A stretch of DNA of 64,000 bases. Source: the human T2T-CHM13v2.0 reference genome, Homo sapiens. The notes beneath the pieces were generated by a model. The model saw only the letters and a list, made by a program, of their open reading frames with translations. It was not told the DNA's origin and made no database searches. The position numbers and the translations under genes were made by a program. The stretch lies in assembly GCF_009914755.1 (NCBI RefSeq), contig NC_060946.1; one strand, given 5' to 3'. Position 1 is the first letter of the stretch. Each line of letters starts with the position of its first letter. Below are positions 44,519 to 61,965 of this stretch, one piece after another.

Positions 44519-47500
44519 ACAAGTGACTGAGCTCTCCTGGGCCTCAGTGATGACATTCAGGTGTTAATGAGTGAGTGTGAAGATTGGGTGGAACGCGGTA
44601 TGGAACCTGGCGCACAGTAGGTGCTCAGTGAATGTCAGCTTTTGTTCCCCAGCTCCATGAGGTCTTCTCGCTCTTAGCACCCCCCAGGTGACTGGCCCTC
44701 ACGAAGTGGGTCCTCTGTAGATCTCGGGTATGTGAAGTCAACAGTGGCCCAAGGAGGCTGTGGGCAGGAGAGGCTTGAATGGTTGCAGATGGAGGTGCTG
44801 GTGGTGCAGTTGGGAGTGAGATGAGATTTGGAGATTTTCTCTTGCCGTGAGCCTTCCTCAGCCCCCTCTTGCTTCTGTTCTCAGGGCATGTATGCACTCT
44901 GTGGCTTGTCCAGAGCCTGCAACCTTGGTTGAAAATGGCTCCCGAGGCCATTCTCCCAGTGAAGCACTTGCTTCCACTCACTGCTGTTCAGCCCCGGGAG
45001 CCAGCCAGCGAGAGCGGGGCTGCGGGAATTGGCTGTTTGGAGACAGGGTAGGAGGGCTGCAAGCTGAGGGTCTGCAGGGGTGGGTGTAGGGGGTTTCCCA
45101 TCCAAGGCCGCAGCCCAGAAGGGTGGTGGATTGCCTCCCTGTAGCCATAGAGAAGCAGAGAGGAGGCTGTGGCAGGGCAGAGGCCCCACCCTGGGAGGTG
45201 CAGCTGAGAGGCCGGATGCTGGGGCTTTTTGGAATGGAGGGGGCTTCTGATTCTGGGGTGCAGGACTGGGGAGCATGGGAGGAAAGGGGACAGTCTCTTG
45301 AAGAGGCACCGTGGACCCGATTTTAGAAATTTCTAAATTAAAATTTCTGTTTTAGAAATTTTGCCTGTAGGTAGAGTGTCTCTGGTCCGTGGGCTTCCGA
45401 AGCATCTTGTCCAGATTTCTACCACTGCAGTTGCCATAGTCTGCGCAGGGTAAGCGTGGCATGGCTGCCCCAGCAGGAGCTGCCCTCCTGGGGGAGAGAG
45501 CAACTCTCACTTCTCTTTCTGTGGTTGCACTGGTCATGGGTTAGGTACTCACACCAGGTTTATGGAGTGAAGGCAACATGCGCCCCGTCCTCCCAGGGCC
45601 TTGAGTCTGATGGGCACCCATGACAAGCAGCCAGGAGGTGGCTCTCCAGGTGGTCACTCTCCAAGACAATGAGAGGAGGAGCTGGAGGCTTCATGGAGGA
45701 GATGATGTTCCAAGGATGAGCAGGGCTTGCCTCGGAGGAAAGCGGGAGGGGCAGGAGACATACTGGTATGCCAGTAGTAGATTCGGAATGTCTCTTCTGA
45801 TCAAGTACTGTATTGGTGACATAGGTGGTGCATACTAATTCCCAATTGACCAAGGGACAGAAGCCACCAGAGCAGTGAGCTCAGAGCCCTGCTCTCTTTG
45901 ATGCCATTTCTTTCAGGCTGGCTGGGTTCTGACTGGTCAGGATAAGTTGGTCTATCTGGTATCTCAGCAACTAGTCACCTCTAGTATTTAACCTTGTCAT
46001 TTGATGCACTTTCTTGGTCATCGTGCTTATCCCAATTAGGATTTAATTAGAGCCCCATAATAGGGTTTTAAAAGTGTATTGGAAACCAAAGGGGTCATGC
46101 GATATGATTTTACACAAAACAAAAGCATTTCCGTCATTCAGGAGCCTCATTCAGTCCCCATGTCTCTGTCGGCTTTTCCCTTAAAATGTCCCCTTCCCTC
46201 AGCCCGGGTTGCACCTGCTTCTGGCCTGCATAGCTTTCTCAGATGCTCCCCCTCCGTGAAGAATGCCTCCCTCCATTCTCCTGTCTGCCGGCCTCATGGA
46301 CATCTCTTATGTCCAGGGACATAGAGCCTTCTCTGCGAGGCCTTCTCTAGCTCAGCATCTAGCATTGTACAGAGGCCTCTCGAGTTGTCCCTGGGCCCAC
46401 TCCTTGTGTTTATTCACTCAGGTAGCTGTTTGCCTCCTAGGGGTTCAGCACAGCACATCGCCTAGTGGAGCATTTGTCCAGCACCTTTCCTGACATTCCT
46501 GATGCCTCCACGTGCATATTCCTTCCTATTTGTAACCAGAAGCTGCCTGAAATTACACATACACACACCCCAACTTTCAAATAGAAGAAGAAGTTAAAGC
46601 TAGAGAAGTTATTTTGAAAAACTCTGTTATGTTAATGATAGCAATTAAGGGTCACGAAGCCTAGACTCCCATAACTCGAGAAAAGCTGCCAGGCAACAAG
46701 CATCTGTGGCTCTCTCATGGTCCTGTAGTGGAAGCAGAGACAGAGCAGCCACTATCCCTTGCTGCGGTTTGGGCTCCAGGGTCCTGCAGAAAGAACACCT
46801 TCCAAAAGGCTCATTTAACTCTATCACATGATCAGGGAAACCAGTTTCCCTCCTGGCTGTCTGTGGAAGTGAAACCTTGTTGAAATCTGCCAAAGGCTGG
46901 AGAGGAAAAGAACAAACTTATTTCTCAGGCCTCCTGTACTTTGCCCTCTGACATTCCGCTTTCCACAAACAGATTGGTGAGGAGCACACAATTCAGTAGA
47001 TAAACGATAACAATCATCTTTTGGATTGGTGGTTTTCTCTTGCCCCCTATTTTCACCTGAGAAGAAACACAGCCTTTTTCAGAAAGTTAATTATTCCATT
47101 TTGAAAGCCTGAGGGTGATGGGGGTGTAGTATGTTTCTAGGTGTACCTGCACTATTTTGGGGACCTTATGGAGTGCCAGTGGTGTTCCCGAGGGAGTACC
47201 GTGGGCAGCTCCTGGCTGGATTGATTCCCACCTCTGTTGCAGGACAGTGCCCGGCCCATACCAAGTTCATCCTGTGTGTTGAGTGCAGTGGCGTGATCGA
47301 CCGAGTGAGTGAGGAACTCAGGCCTAGGGATTTGCTGGCTCCCATTTGGGCTCTGCCATTTCTGGTTGCTATGAGCCTCCCATCACTGTGCTTGACTTTC
47401 ATCTCCCAAGTCACCCAGCAATACCTGTGGCATCTGTCCAAATACTGGTGGTGGTCTCACCGAACCCACACCAGGTCATACCTCTGAAATCTTTGCCTAA

Positions 47501-47846
47501 CATCCATCTCCCAACCTCCATTGGCTCCTCAGCACCTGTGTGTATAAATCCAGGTGGTTGGCACCTGTTCCTGGCATCTCTGCAGGATCCAGGCCCTGCC
47601 TTCCTCTCCAGTCTTATTTCTTGCAGGCACCACCCCCCGCTGCATCTCCACCCTCTGGATGGGTGCACCATACTAAGCTCTTGCAGTGACGGGCAGATGT
47701 TTTATTGTTTTACACTCTGTGCTTCTGTTTGTGCTGCTTCCTCTCTAGCTGCAGTGTCCTTGACATATACCTTACTTGGTTAGTTTTAGGTCAGATATTT
47801 ATTTTACAAAGTCATCTATGTCCCTGGTTTTAAAAATGGAGTAGCG

Positions 47847-50954
<3,108 letters not shown>

Positions 50955-51639
50955 CAGTATAAGATTTGTACTGGAAAGAGTAGTCCTCCGTCCCCACCCT
51001 TCCTCATCCCTGCCTTCCGTCTCTGAGGTGAGGCTGTCATTGTACCTCTTGGCTATTGTTGCTGGTACTTGTCTTGATATTTCTAAATACTATGCTAATT
51101 TTGCAGATTTTTACAGTTTAGCCGTATTTATTAACTTTCTACTCTGAAGCAGAGGGTTTAACTCTCTTACCATGCTTCTTCCTCTTCTCCTTCCCCATCC
51201 TCTCAGTTTAATTTTTGGTGACATTGGGATTCATTGTTTGTGATGTTGTAACTCTAACTCTGGTTCATGACTGAGTACCTGTCACGTATAACTTGTTTTA
51301 TCCTAGAGTTGTTCATTTGCGGGGTGAGGTGGGGGAGCTCACTGTGTGGGTAGGAGTAGGTGGGGGGTGCCCCTGTGTTCTGCTCCAACACAGCCCTTTC
51401 TGGGGGTTCTTTGCCCTCAGTTGGCCGCTCCGTGTTGGCGTCCCCTTGTCAGGCTGTTATCTGCGCCGCTCCGCTGCCTCCCACTGCTGTGTCTGCTGTC
51501 CATCCTTCACATTTCTGCTGACATTTCTTGTCTGCCTCCTTTACACCCTTGTCCTTGTTTATGACATTATTCCTTTACTGCCCTGTTGGTGAGAGTTAGG
51601 GAGTAGTAGAGATAAATCTGTGCTTTGCTTAGTTTCAAG

Positions 51640-51910
51640 ATGGCTCTCCAGCAGCAGCTCACGGAGAATCTTTCCTGATGTCCCCTTCTTCAGAGAAGAG
51701 ACCACCCCTCCTCTGGTGACTCACTGTACCTTGCATTCCTTTCTCCCATAGTCCTGGTGAACAGTGATTTCACTGGCTAGATTTCTTCTTGTTATTTGAC
51801 AGTGAGCCCCTTGAGGGAAGGAACTGGGTTTAATCACTCCCTTGGAGGCTAGTTCTGGGCCTGGTCCGTGGTGAGTGTTGATTGGCACCCGCCAATGGGA
51901 TGGATTAATG
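51640..51910 (+). mobile_element. L2 3' fragment
   Basis: tgacagtgagccccttgagggaaggaactggg; boundaries approximate. Confidence 0.55.
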
Positions 51911-52998
51911 TGTGGGTGGACTCGGTCTGGGGAGTGTCTCAGTGGCTTTGCCCAGAGGCAGCTTACACAGGGGGCATGCTCAGCAAGTGCTGGCCACATG
52001 GAGTTGATCTGTGAGGCTCCCCTGTGTGTGGCTTTAGGAACAGGACATATGCGTATTTTTGTAGAACCTCTTTATGCTGGTGACACTCAGCGTTTAGCCT
52101 AGAACCACATGTAAGCCTAAGTGATTGCAGTGCACATGCATTTCTTACTATTGTTCAGTGTTTCTTCCAGATTTTATTATTACAAAAGGTTTTAAAAATC
52201 ATAATTAAAGGCAGTTAATAAGAAATGAATCTTAAGAAAAAAAGACGCTTAAATGATGGGTTGATTTTTCTGTTATTCTTGGCTTTTCAGAAAAAAGGTT
52301 CTTATAATTAGGAGTTCTTTGCATACACCACTTTGTGACAGATTTCTGGTTCAGTCTCAAATGTGATATTTTACATCCAATTAGAATGAATGAGTCCCAG
52401 TTGCTTTATGGTTTGGGTTCACAGAGTGTGCTGAATAACTGCATCTGTCAGCATAACAGAAGCGTGCTCTTGGATTTGTACATTATGTCACAGTTCACCA
52501 ATGTTTCCCCATGTATTGTCTCTTTGTTCCTTGTAAAAATTATGTGACTTAAGCAAGGCAAGTATTTTTATTTGTCCTGTGTTTTAGGGGAGGAAACTGA
52601 AGAGGGAGAGCCTCCAGATAGTCTTTGGCCAAGCTGGTCCTTGAACCCAGGTGCACTGAACCCACAACCAGTGTTTGTTCCTCTACCCTCTGCTCTCTGT
52701 CTGCTCTCTTTAGAGTTAGTGCTTGGTAATTTCCTATTGAGAAGTAAAGCTTTCACAGTGCAGATGAGCATGAAATTGTGATTTTGGTGGTGTTTTCCTG
52801 AAAATATTCCAAAGTTTCAGTTTTCAGAAAGGAAATCCACTGTTGTAGAAGAAATGCTATTTATTTCTCATTCACTTAATCTCATTCATTTTCTACTTAT
52901 GTAAGTTTTTTGTACATTTTAGTTTTCTCTCTTAGAGCACTTAGGATTTTACTGCCTGACTGTGTGAAAATATAGAGACAGAAAGCTGAAAGGAAAGC

Positions 52999-53387
52999 TG
53001 TCTTAGTCTGTTTCATGTTGTTCTAACAGAATACCACAGAGTGGATAATCTGTAAGCAACAGAAATTCCGTCTCTCCCAGTTTCGGAGGCTTGGAGGTCT
53101 CGCATCAAGGTGCCGGCATCTGGTGAAGGCTTGCTTGCTGTGTCATCACATGGTCGAAGGCAAAGGGCAAAACGGGACAAAATCTGTGTGCTCACATGAC
53201 AGAGGAGCAGAAGAGGGCAAATCTACTTTTGGGAGCCCTTTTATAATGACCTTAATCCAGTCATGAGGGTGGATTACTCATGACCTAAACACCTTCCCAC
53301 AAGGCCACCTCCCAACACTGTTGCACTGGGGATTAACTTTCCAACACATGAATTTTTGGAGGGGACAAAAACATTCAAACCATAACA
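52999..53387 (-). mobile_element. ERVL-MaLR solo LTR (MST family, MSTB/MSTC-like)
   Basis: tgtcttagtctgttt...aacattcaaaccataaca with TG...CA termini and perfect 5-bp TSD AAAGC (52994 and 53388). Confidence 0.92.
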
Positions 53388-56149
53388 AAAGCCAGACACA
53401 CATGTTTTAAACATAAAGACAGGCAGTTGAAATAAAAGGGTAGAAAAATATATGTCATGCAAGCTCTAATCACAAGAAAACGAATTTGCTTATAGTTACA
53501 TCAGGAAAAGTAGACCTCAAGACAAAGAGTTGTATTAGAGACAAAGAGGAATATTTCATGATGATGAAAGGATCAATTCCTTAAGTAGAGAGATGAGTCC
53601 TAAATGTGTATGTACCAGCTTTACAATGCATGAAGCAAACATTGACAGCAATAAAGAGAGAAATAAACAAGTTTACAATCCTAGGCAGAAAATTTAACAG
53701 CCCTCCGTGAGTAATTGATACAACAGGTAAATTAAAATGTTAGTAAAGTGTAGAAGATTAGAATAACATTATCAACCAGTGGGATCTAATTGATTTATAA
53801 AATACCGCATCTACTAACTGATAATGCACGTCCTTTTCAAGGACATATGGCACATTCACCAAGTAGACTGTATGTTGGCCCCAAAAAGTTATAGTAAATA
53901 TCAGAGGGTTGAAATACCACCAAATTCATCTGACCAAATGCTTTAAATTAAAAATCCATAACAACAAGATACACAGAGAATCCTCAGATATTTGGAAATT
54001 TACCTGCATACTTCTAAACAACCTATGGATCAAATAAATCACAAGGAAAGTTTGAACTGAATGATAATGACAACAGGTGTCAAAATTTGTGTGATGCAGC
54101 TAAAACAGTGCCTGGAGGAAACTTTATACTTTTAAATGCCTGTATGAGAAAAGAATAAAGGTTTCCAATCCATATTCAACGCTCTCATTTTAAGAAACTA
54201 GAAGAAGAACAAAAACCGAGTAAAAGAAGAGAAACAATTTAAGGGTGAAAAATCAATAAACTGAAAAATGGGTAAACAAGAAAAGAATCACTAAAATATA
54301 AAGTTTTTTTGAAGAGACCCTTGAAAAACCTCTAGTTGGACTAATGAACAGAAAAAGAGAAAAAACAAGTTACCAATATCAGAAATGAAAGAGGAGACAT
54401 CACTACAGATCCTACAGACATTAAAAAGATAATAAGGGAATGTTATTTACAATTTTATGCCAATAAATTCATGAAATGGGGATATTTCTAGAAAGACACG
54501 ACTTAAACTAATACAAGAAGAAATGGAGACCTTTAATATCCTTATATTGATTAAAAAAATTAAATTTGTTATACAAGAGCCTTCACTCAAGGAAAACATC
54601 AGGACCAGATGGCTTTGTCGGTGAACTGTATCAAACATTTAAAGTCTATCAAACATTTAAAGAAGAAATAATAGCAATCTTCCAGGATCGCTTTCAGAAA
54701 AGAGAGGAGTAGTAAACACTTCTCATTTTTTTTAAGGTAACATAATCCCGATACCAAAATCTTACAAAGACATTATAAGAAAAGAGAACCTGAGACCAAT
54801 ATTTATGATGAATATAGACAAAAAATTCTTTAAAAATATATTAGCAAATTGACTTTTGCCTTAACCTATGAAGGAGTAACTGCCAAAGGAATTGCTGTCC
54901 TGTTATCAACAGCTAGAAAACTGGACCAGATATGTGAAACAACTGTTTTCAGATGTTGGACAACAGGCAGTGCAGGGCTGTGACCCTGTGAGATAGGAGA
55001 TAAGTAAGGTGAACTTTATAAGGACTCAATTTGCAATTGAATGCAGTTGCCAAGCAGCAGCATAAGTGGGGGAACCCTAATGAAACAGGCAGCTTTGCTG
55101 AGTGTAGGAATTAGGAAAGAGTTTTGAGGAGGCCAAAACAGAATCATATATGGAGCAGAGTGTTGGAGAGGAGGGAATTGTATAGGGAGAGAACCCCAGA
55201 TGTCTGCAAAGTCCCATCAAGTCCTTAGCTGAGTATTGATCTGCTCAGGAGTAGGGTGGGATTCTATGAGCTGGGGAAAGTCACCAAAAAGCAGTGAGTT
55301 GAATAATCCCAAATGCAGTGGGAATCGAGTGTTGGAGAGACAGCACCTGCAGGAACCTGGCGAATGAGCCATATGAACCTGGAAGAAACCATTCGTGTCC
55401 CTCCAGCCCTCTCTATTGAATAGGATGAGATCATGCCAGCTGACAAAGGAGAAGTTTTTACAAGATCCAGTTCCAGTATCACAGTGGCAATAAATTGATA
55501 CTTGGGATATCTGGCATTCAATAAAAAAGTAACCGGTATGCAATGGAACAGAAAAATATGACCCATAATCAGAAGAAAAATTAGCAATTAGAAACAGACT
55601 CATGAATGAATAATAAAATTTTGAACAACCCAATAAAATATGGGTAAAGGATTTCAACATACACCTCACAAAAAGTAGAGAGATGGCCAGTAAACACATG
55701 AAAATCTCTTCAATGCTCAACATCATTAATCATCATAAAATTGCTATGTAAAATCACAATCAGATACCCTTTAACACGTACTAGAATGGCTAAAATAAAA
55801 AGACTGACAACGCTAAATTTTGGCCAAGATGTGGAACAATTCAAATGTTCATACATTGCTGGTGGGAAGTGTAAAATGGTGCAATCACTTTAAAGACCCT
55901 TATGGCAGATTTATTTTAATTAATTAATTTACTTATTTATTTTTAAATTCAGGGATACATGTGCAGGATGTGCAGGTTTGTTACCTAGGTAAAATGTGTC
56001 ATGGGGGTTTGTTGTACAGATTCTTTCATCATCCAGGTATTAGGCCCAGGATCCATTAGTTACTTTTCCTGATCCTCTCCCTCATCCCATCCTCTGCCCT
56101 CCAGTAGGCCTCACAACATGTGGTATTTGGTTTCCTGTTCCCGCGTTAG

Positions 56150-56528
<379 letters not shown>

Positions 56529-56928
56529 AATCTTGTTTCTTTTTATGGCTGCATAGTATTCCATGGTGTATATGTATCACATTTTCTTTATGGAGTCTCT
56601 CATTGATGGGCATTTAGGTTGATTCCATGTCTTTGCTATAGTGAATAGTGCTGCAGTGAACATAGGTGCGCATGTGTCTTTGTAATAGAACGATTTATAT
56701 TATTTTGGGTATATACCCAGTAATGAGATTGCTGGGTCAAATGGTATTTCTGTCTCTAGGTCTTTGAGGAATTGCTACACTGTCTTCCATGATGTTTGAT
56801 CTAATTTACACTCCCACAGACAGTGTAAAGGTGTTCCTTTTTCTCCATAACCTCACCACCATTAATAATCACAATTCTGACTGATATGAGATGGTATCTC
56901 ATTGTGGTTTTGATTTGCATTTCCCTAA

Positions 56929-57423
<495 letters not shown>

Positions 57424-57871
57424 TAAATAAAGGGAGATGTACATCTGCCCTATGACCCAGCAGTTCCACTCCTTCACACCTGCCTAGGAGAAATGGAGAC
57501 ATACACCCACAAAATGTATATCCACAAGAGCGTTCATCGCAGCCTATTTATGGTAAAAATCAGTGACACAGAAGTCTAAGAATGGGTGAATGTGTAAACA
57601 AGTTGTGGTATATTCTTAGAATACTTTTACTGCTTGTAAAGAATGAACTACTGGTACTGGCAACATGTGTGACTCTTACAAACACATTCTGAGCAAAATA
57701 AATAGGACACAAAGGATATATACTGTCTGTACTGTTTATATGAATTGCAAGAACAGGCAAGTCCCGTCTATGGTGATAGATACCAGAAGGCAGTTAACTG
57801 GGAGTGGGGGCCAAGAACGACTAGAAAAGGGCAATAGACATGTTCTGTGTCTTGTCTGAGGGCAGCAATAC

Positions 57872-58170
<299 letters not shown>

Positions 58171-59534
58171 TAGCAATATGCTTATTATATGTAAATTATA
58201 CTTTGATTTCAAAATATCACGCCCCCCAACAAACAAACAAATCTCTAAAGGGGAGGAGGAAAGGATGGAGTATTGTGTCCAGCACTTAACTGGAGACAGA
58301 CAAAAAGCCAAGTGGTGGAGTCTGACCTTCAGGAGCACATACATTACTTCTAGGAGACAAGGCTGGTGCTCATGACCCCCCCTGTCATTGGCGCTCACAG
58401 AAGAGATAAGTGAGTGAGGACTGTAGTTGTCAGGAAGGCATCTTAGATGTGGCAGGTCTTGCGATGGGCCCTGAGAGCTGCATGGAATTTGACAAATCGG
58501 AGATTAAAGTGGCGACGTCACAGAAACTTTGTAGTTTTGTGGGAACACCATAGGGCGTACAGTGGAACGTAAGTCTTCTACCATCCTTGACTCCATCCTG
58601 GGATCCCCTCCCCAGATTCTGCCTGTGCTTTCAGATTCTCGTATGTGCCTACAGAAATAATCATTGTATCTACAGATTGTTCCCTTTTCACTTCATAATT
58701 TAGATAAACTTACTTCATATCCGCACAAAAAGACAGACATTCTTTTCTATGGCAACAGTGTATTCTATTACAAAGACACATGTGCATACAAAGACCTAGC
58801 AATGTCATTACTGGGTATATACCCAAAATAATATAAATCGTTCTATTACAGAGAACATTTTTGAATGTTCCTGTATTTGGCCATCTTGCTTATCTCAGAA
58901 CTCTGTTTCCTGCCATTCTCTCGGGTCTGCCTCTGTCTCTGTTGGCGTCATTCCTCAGGCTGGTTGGGTGCAGATGGTTGCAGCAGTTCTGACCCCCACA
59001 TCTGACCCTGGTAGCTTTCAGGGGAAGAGGAGTGGGTTGCCTCCAGGAACTTCCCAAGAGCCGGGTGGAGTGTTCTCAGAAGCCCTCAGCTGTCTGTGCT
59101 CAGTGGCTTAAGTAGGCGCCTAGGCCCATTGCTGACTCAGCCTTTGGTGAGGTGTGGGCTAGCTCTGCGGGGCTCCAACTAGGCCCACCTGTGGGTTCAG
59201 CTGCCTCTGGGCTGACTCCCCACCCCCAGGGCTGCTGCAGGGAAGCATGGTTACTTTGCACAGCTGGGATTCTGCTAGAAAGATGTACCAAACACCTATG
59301 AGGATGGTCATGTGGCTTCCCTGTCGACCCCATTCAGCATGTGGGTAAAGCTACAAGATTTCCCGACGTTGAACCATCCCTCCTTCATTCTTTACCTGTA
59401 TTATTCTTTGAATATCCTGCTGCTGTGCTTTGATCTACTAAGATTTTATTTTGGATCTTTTTGTCTGTATTCAGAAGTGAGATTTGTCTGTGCTACAAAA
59501 GTCTTTTTAAGAATGGAAGGGACGTAGTGGACAG

Positions 59535-59700
59535 ACCCTGGTATTGAAGGTTGCTTAGTTCCTGTGTGACCTTGGTCAAGTCACTTAACCTCTCTGAGGC
59601 TCTTTCATATACAATAGTGATCACAGCCCTAAGTAACACAAGCTTGTTTTGAGGATCAAATAAGATAATATGTATGAAAGCTCTCTTTTAACACCAAAGC
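59535..59700 (+). mobile_element. MIR
   Basis: ctgtgtgaccttggtcaagtcacttaacctctctgag ... gaggatcaaataagataatatgtatgaaagc. Confidence 0.8.
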
Positions 59701-60707
59701 TTGAGCAGAGTTTGAGGCTTGTCTCATTATGTATATTCAGGATTTTTGAATTTTTGTGAATTTCTTCCAGTGAGGAGAGAGGTTCAGAGAACATTAACGA
59801 ATGAGTTTCCTCTCAGCTTTTTCTCGTAAACCATAATCAGAAAACCAGAGTTATGCCGAGGGAGAGACACTGGGAACATGGTCGGTAAACATTACATTAT
59901 TGGTGTTCAGATATGAGGTTCCTGCTTTTCATAATATCCTTAGGGTACTGGGGAAGATTTGATATTTTCTGAGATTGCTGTAAAATGCAAGTTATTGCTG
60001 CGACTATCGCCCAATTATTCTGTACTTATTTTACTTAGACTTTAGTAATTGGAAAAAGATTAGATGTCAGGACTTTGTATTTTGTTGATTATATTAGCAA
60101 AGTCTTCTCTTTAATCATTTCTTTTATTCCCGTTATTAATCATTAGCTCCAAGCTGTTAGGAAAACAACCTAATGGTAGATTCCTAACTTAAAGGAAAGA
60201 AATAATTACTTGAGTTTCCATGGGATTGGACAAGTGTTGCTATACCTAGACATTGAAATGGATTCTCTTGCCATTTGGGGCATGGGAGTGAGACACTCAA
60301 GGAGACTCGGAAGGTCGATGGAATGCAGGGCCCACAGCCTTACCCCTCTGCCTGATGCTTGTCCTTCCCTGCCCTTGGAGGTGCTGGACCTTGCTCCAGG
60401 ACCCCTCTGCCTCTGGCCAGCGCCTCCCTACTCGTGATTTTTTTCTACTTGTAGGTATTTATAAAGCCTCATTGACTTGTATTAGACTACCTTGAAGACT
60501 TTGTTGTCTGTGTAGAATATGGCCACATCCTTAATTAATGGTGTATAAAGACAAGCTTATCTCCGTGAAACAATTTCTTTCAAAACCAGTAGTGAGAAAA
60601 ACCACATCATATATGTATGCTTAAATAGCATATAGAAAGTTGAGATGGAAGAAAGAAAGGAAAACCAATTAACATGATCAGGTTGGGGAAAAAGCCTTCA
60701 GGAGAGA

Positions 60708-61594
60708 GTGGGGGGAAGGAAGAGAGAGAAGGAGGTGGGAGGGAGAGAGAGAAGGAGGTGGGAGGGAGAGAGAGAAGGAGGTGAGAGGGAGAGAGAGAAG
60801 GAGGTGAGAGGGAGGGAGAGAAGGAGGTGGGAGGGAGGGAGAGAAGGAGGTGGGAGGGAGAGAGAGAAGGAGGTGGGAGGGAGGGAGAGAAGGAGGTGGG
60901 AGGGAGGGAGAGAAGGAGGTGGGAGGGAGGGAGAGGACGTGGGAGGGGGAGAGAAGGTGGGAGGGGGAGAGAGAAGGAGGTGGGAGGGGGAGAGAGAAGG
61001 AGGTGGGAGGGGGAGAGAGAAGGAGGTGGGAGGGAGGGAGAGAAGGAGGTAGGAGGGGGAGAGAAGGTGGGAGGGGGAGAGAGAAGGAGATGGGAGGGGG
61101 AGAGAGAAGGAGGTGGGGGGAGAGAGAAGGAGGTGGGAGGGAGGGAGAGAAGGAGGTGGGAGGGGGAGAGAGAAGGAGGTGGGGGGAGACGAGGAGGTGG
61201 GAGGGGGAGAGAGAAGGAGGTGGGGGGAGAGGAGGAGGTGGGAGGGGGGAGAGGAGGAGGTGGGAGGGAGGGAGAGAAGGAGGTGGGAGGGGGAGAGAAG
61301 GAGGTGGGGGGAGAGGAGGAGGTGGGAGGGGGGAGAGAAGGAGGTGGGGGGAGAGAAGGAGGTGGGAGGGGGAGAGAGAAGGAGGTGGGGAGAAGGAGGT
61401 GGGAGTGGGGGAGAGAAGGAGGTGGGAGGGAGGGGGAGAAGGAGGTGGGATGGGGCAGAGAAGGAGGTGGGGGGAGAGAAGGAGGTGGGAGGGGGGAGAG
61501 AAGGGGGTGAGGGGGAGAGAAGGAGGTGGGAGGTGGGGAGAGAAGGAGGTGGGAGGGTGGGAGAGGGGGAGAGAAGGAGGTGGGAGGGAAGGAG
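60708..61594. repeat. Degenerate G/A-rich tandem repeat, roughly 40 units of ~17-25 bp (GGGAGGGRGAGAGAAGGAGGT)
   Basis: Almost pure purine on the + strand, with about one T per unit. Confidence 0.97.
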
Positions 61595-61894
61595 GCCAGT
61601 GTACTCTGGACTTCTCTGGTTGAAGGAGGAAGGGATCATGGGGCCTCACGTGTTCCAGGGTAGCTCCAGGATTCTGTTGTAAACAGGTAACCTGTAGCTT
61701 GGTTTGAATAGAATGGTCACTTACCTTCTCTCAGATATTGAAATCAATCGTATCTGAAATGTTGATGATTTAGTTTAATTTGTTTATGGGGCTCCTTGCC
61801 TCCTAATTAAACAGGTGGAATGTGTTAAAGCACTGGGGAGGTTTGCTAACCTTTTGCAAATCTTGTTTTTCCTTGTCTCTTTTTTCATCAACAG

Positions 61895-61965
61895 AGGAAT
61901 TACGGAGGTTGAGCTGGTCCGGAATCCCTAAGCCAGTGCGTCCAATGACGTGGAAGCTCCTCTCA
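61895..61965 (+). CDS. TBC1D22A: Internal coding exon of TBC1 domain family member 22A (Rab-GAP TBC domain N-terminal part); 71 nt, phase 1 in, phase 0 out; probably exon 5 of the reference transcript
   Basis: Polypyrimidine tract ttgtttttccttgtctcttttttcatcaacAG (ends 61894) and donor TCA|GTAAGT (61966). Translation (x)AG-ELRRLSWSGIPKPVRPMTWKLLS matches the Gyp1/TBC1D22 motif LRxxSWxGIPxxVRPxTWKLLSGYLP, and matches my recollection of TBC1D22A rather than TBC1D22B. Exon number is from memory. Confidence 0.95.

Noticed and set aside
45322-45337. 16-bp perfect palindrome TTTAGAAATTTCTAAA
   Set aside because: AT-rich low complexity with local slippage copies; no supporting context.
47281-47298. 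Isolated Alu-like 18-mer gagtgcagtggcgtgatc
   Set aside because: Too short, with no flanking Alu similarity, tail or TSD; cannot be separated from chance.
60678-61682. Pro/Ser/Leu-rich and Gly/Arg/Glu-rich ORFs up to 323 aa
   Set aside because: Low-complexity G/A repeat that lacks stop codons by composition.
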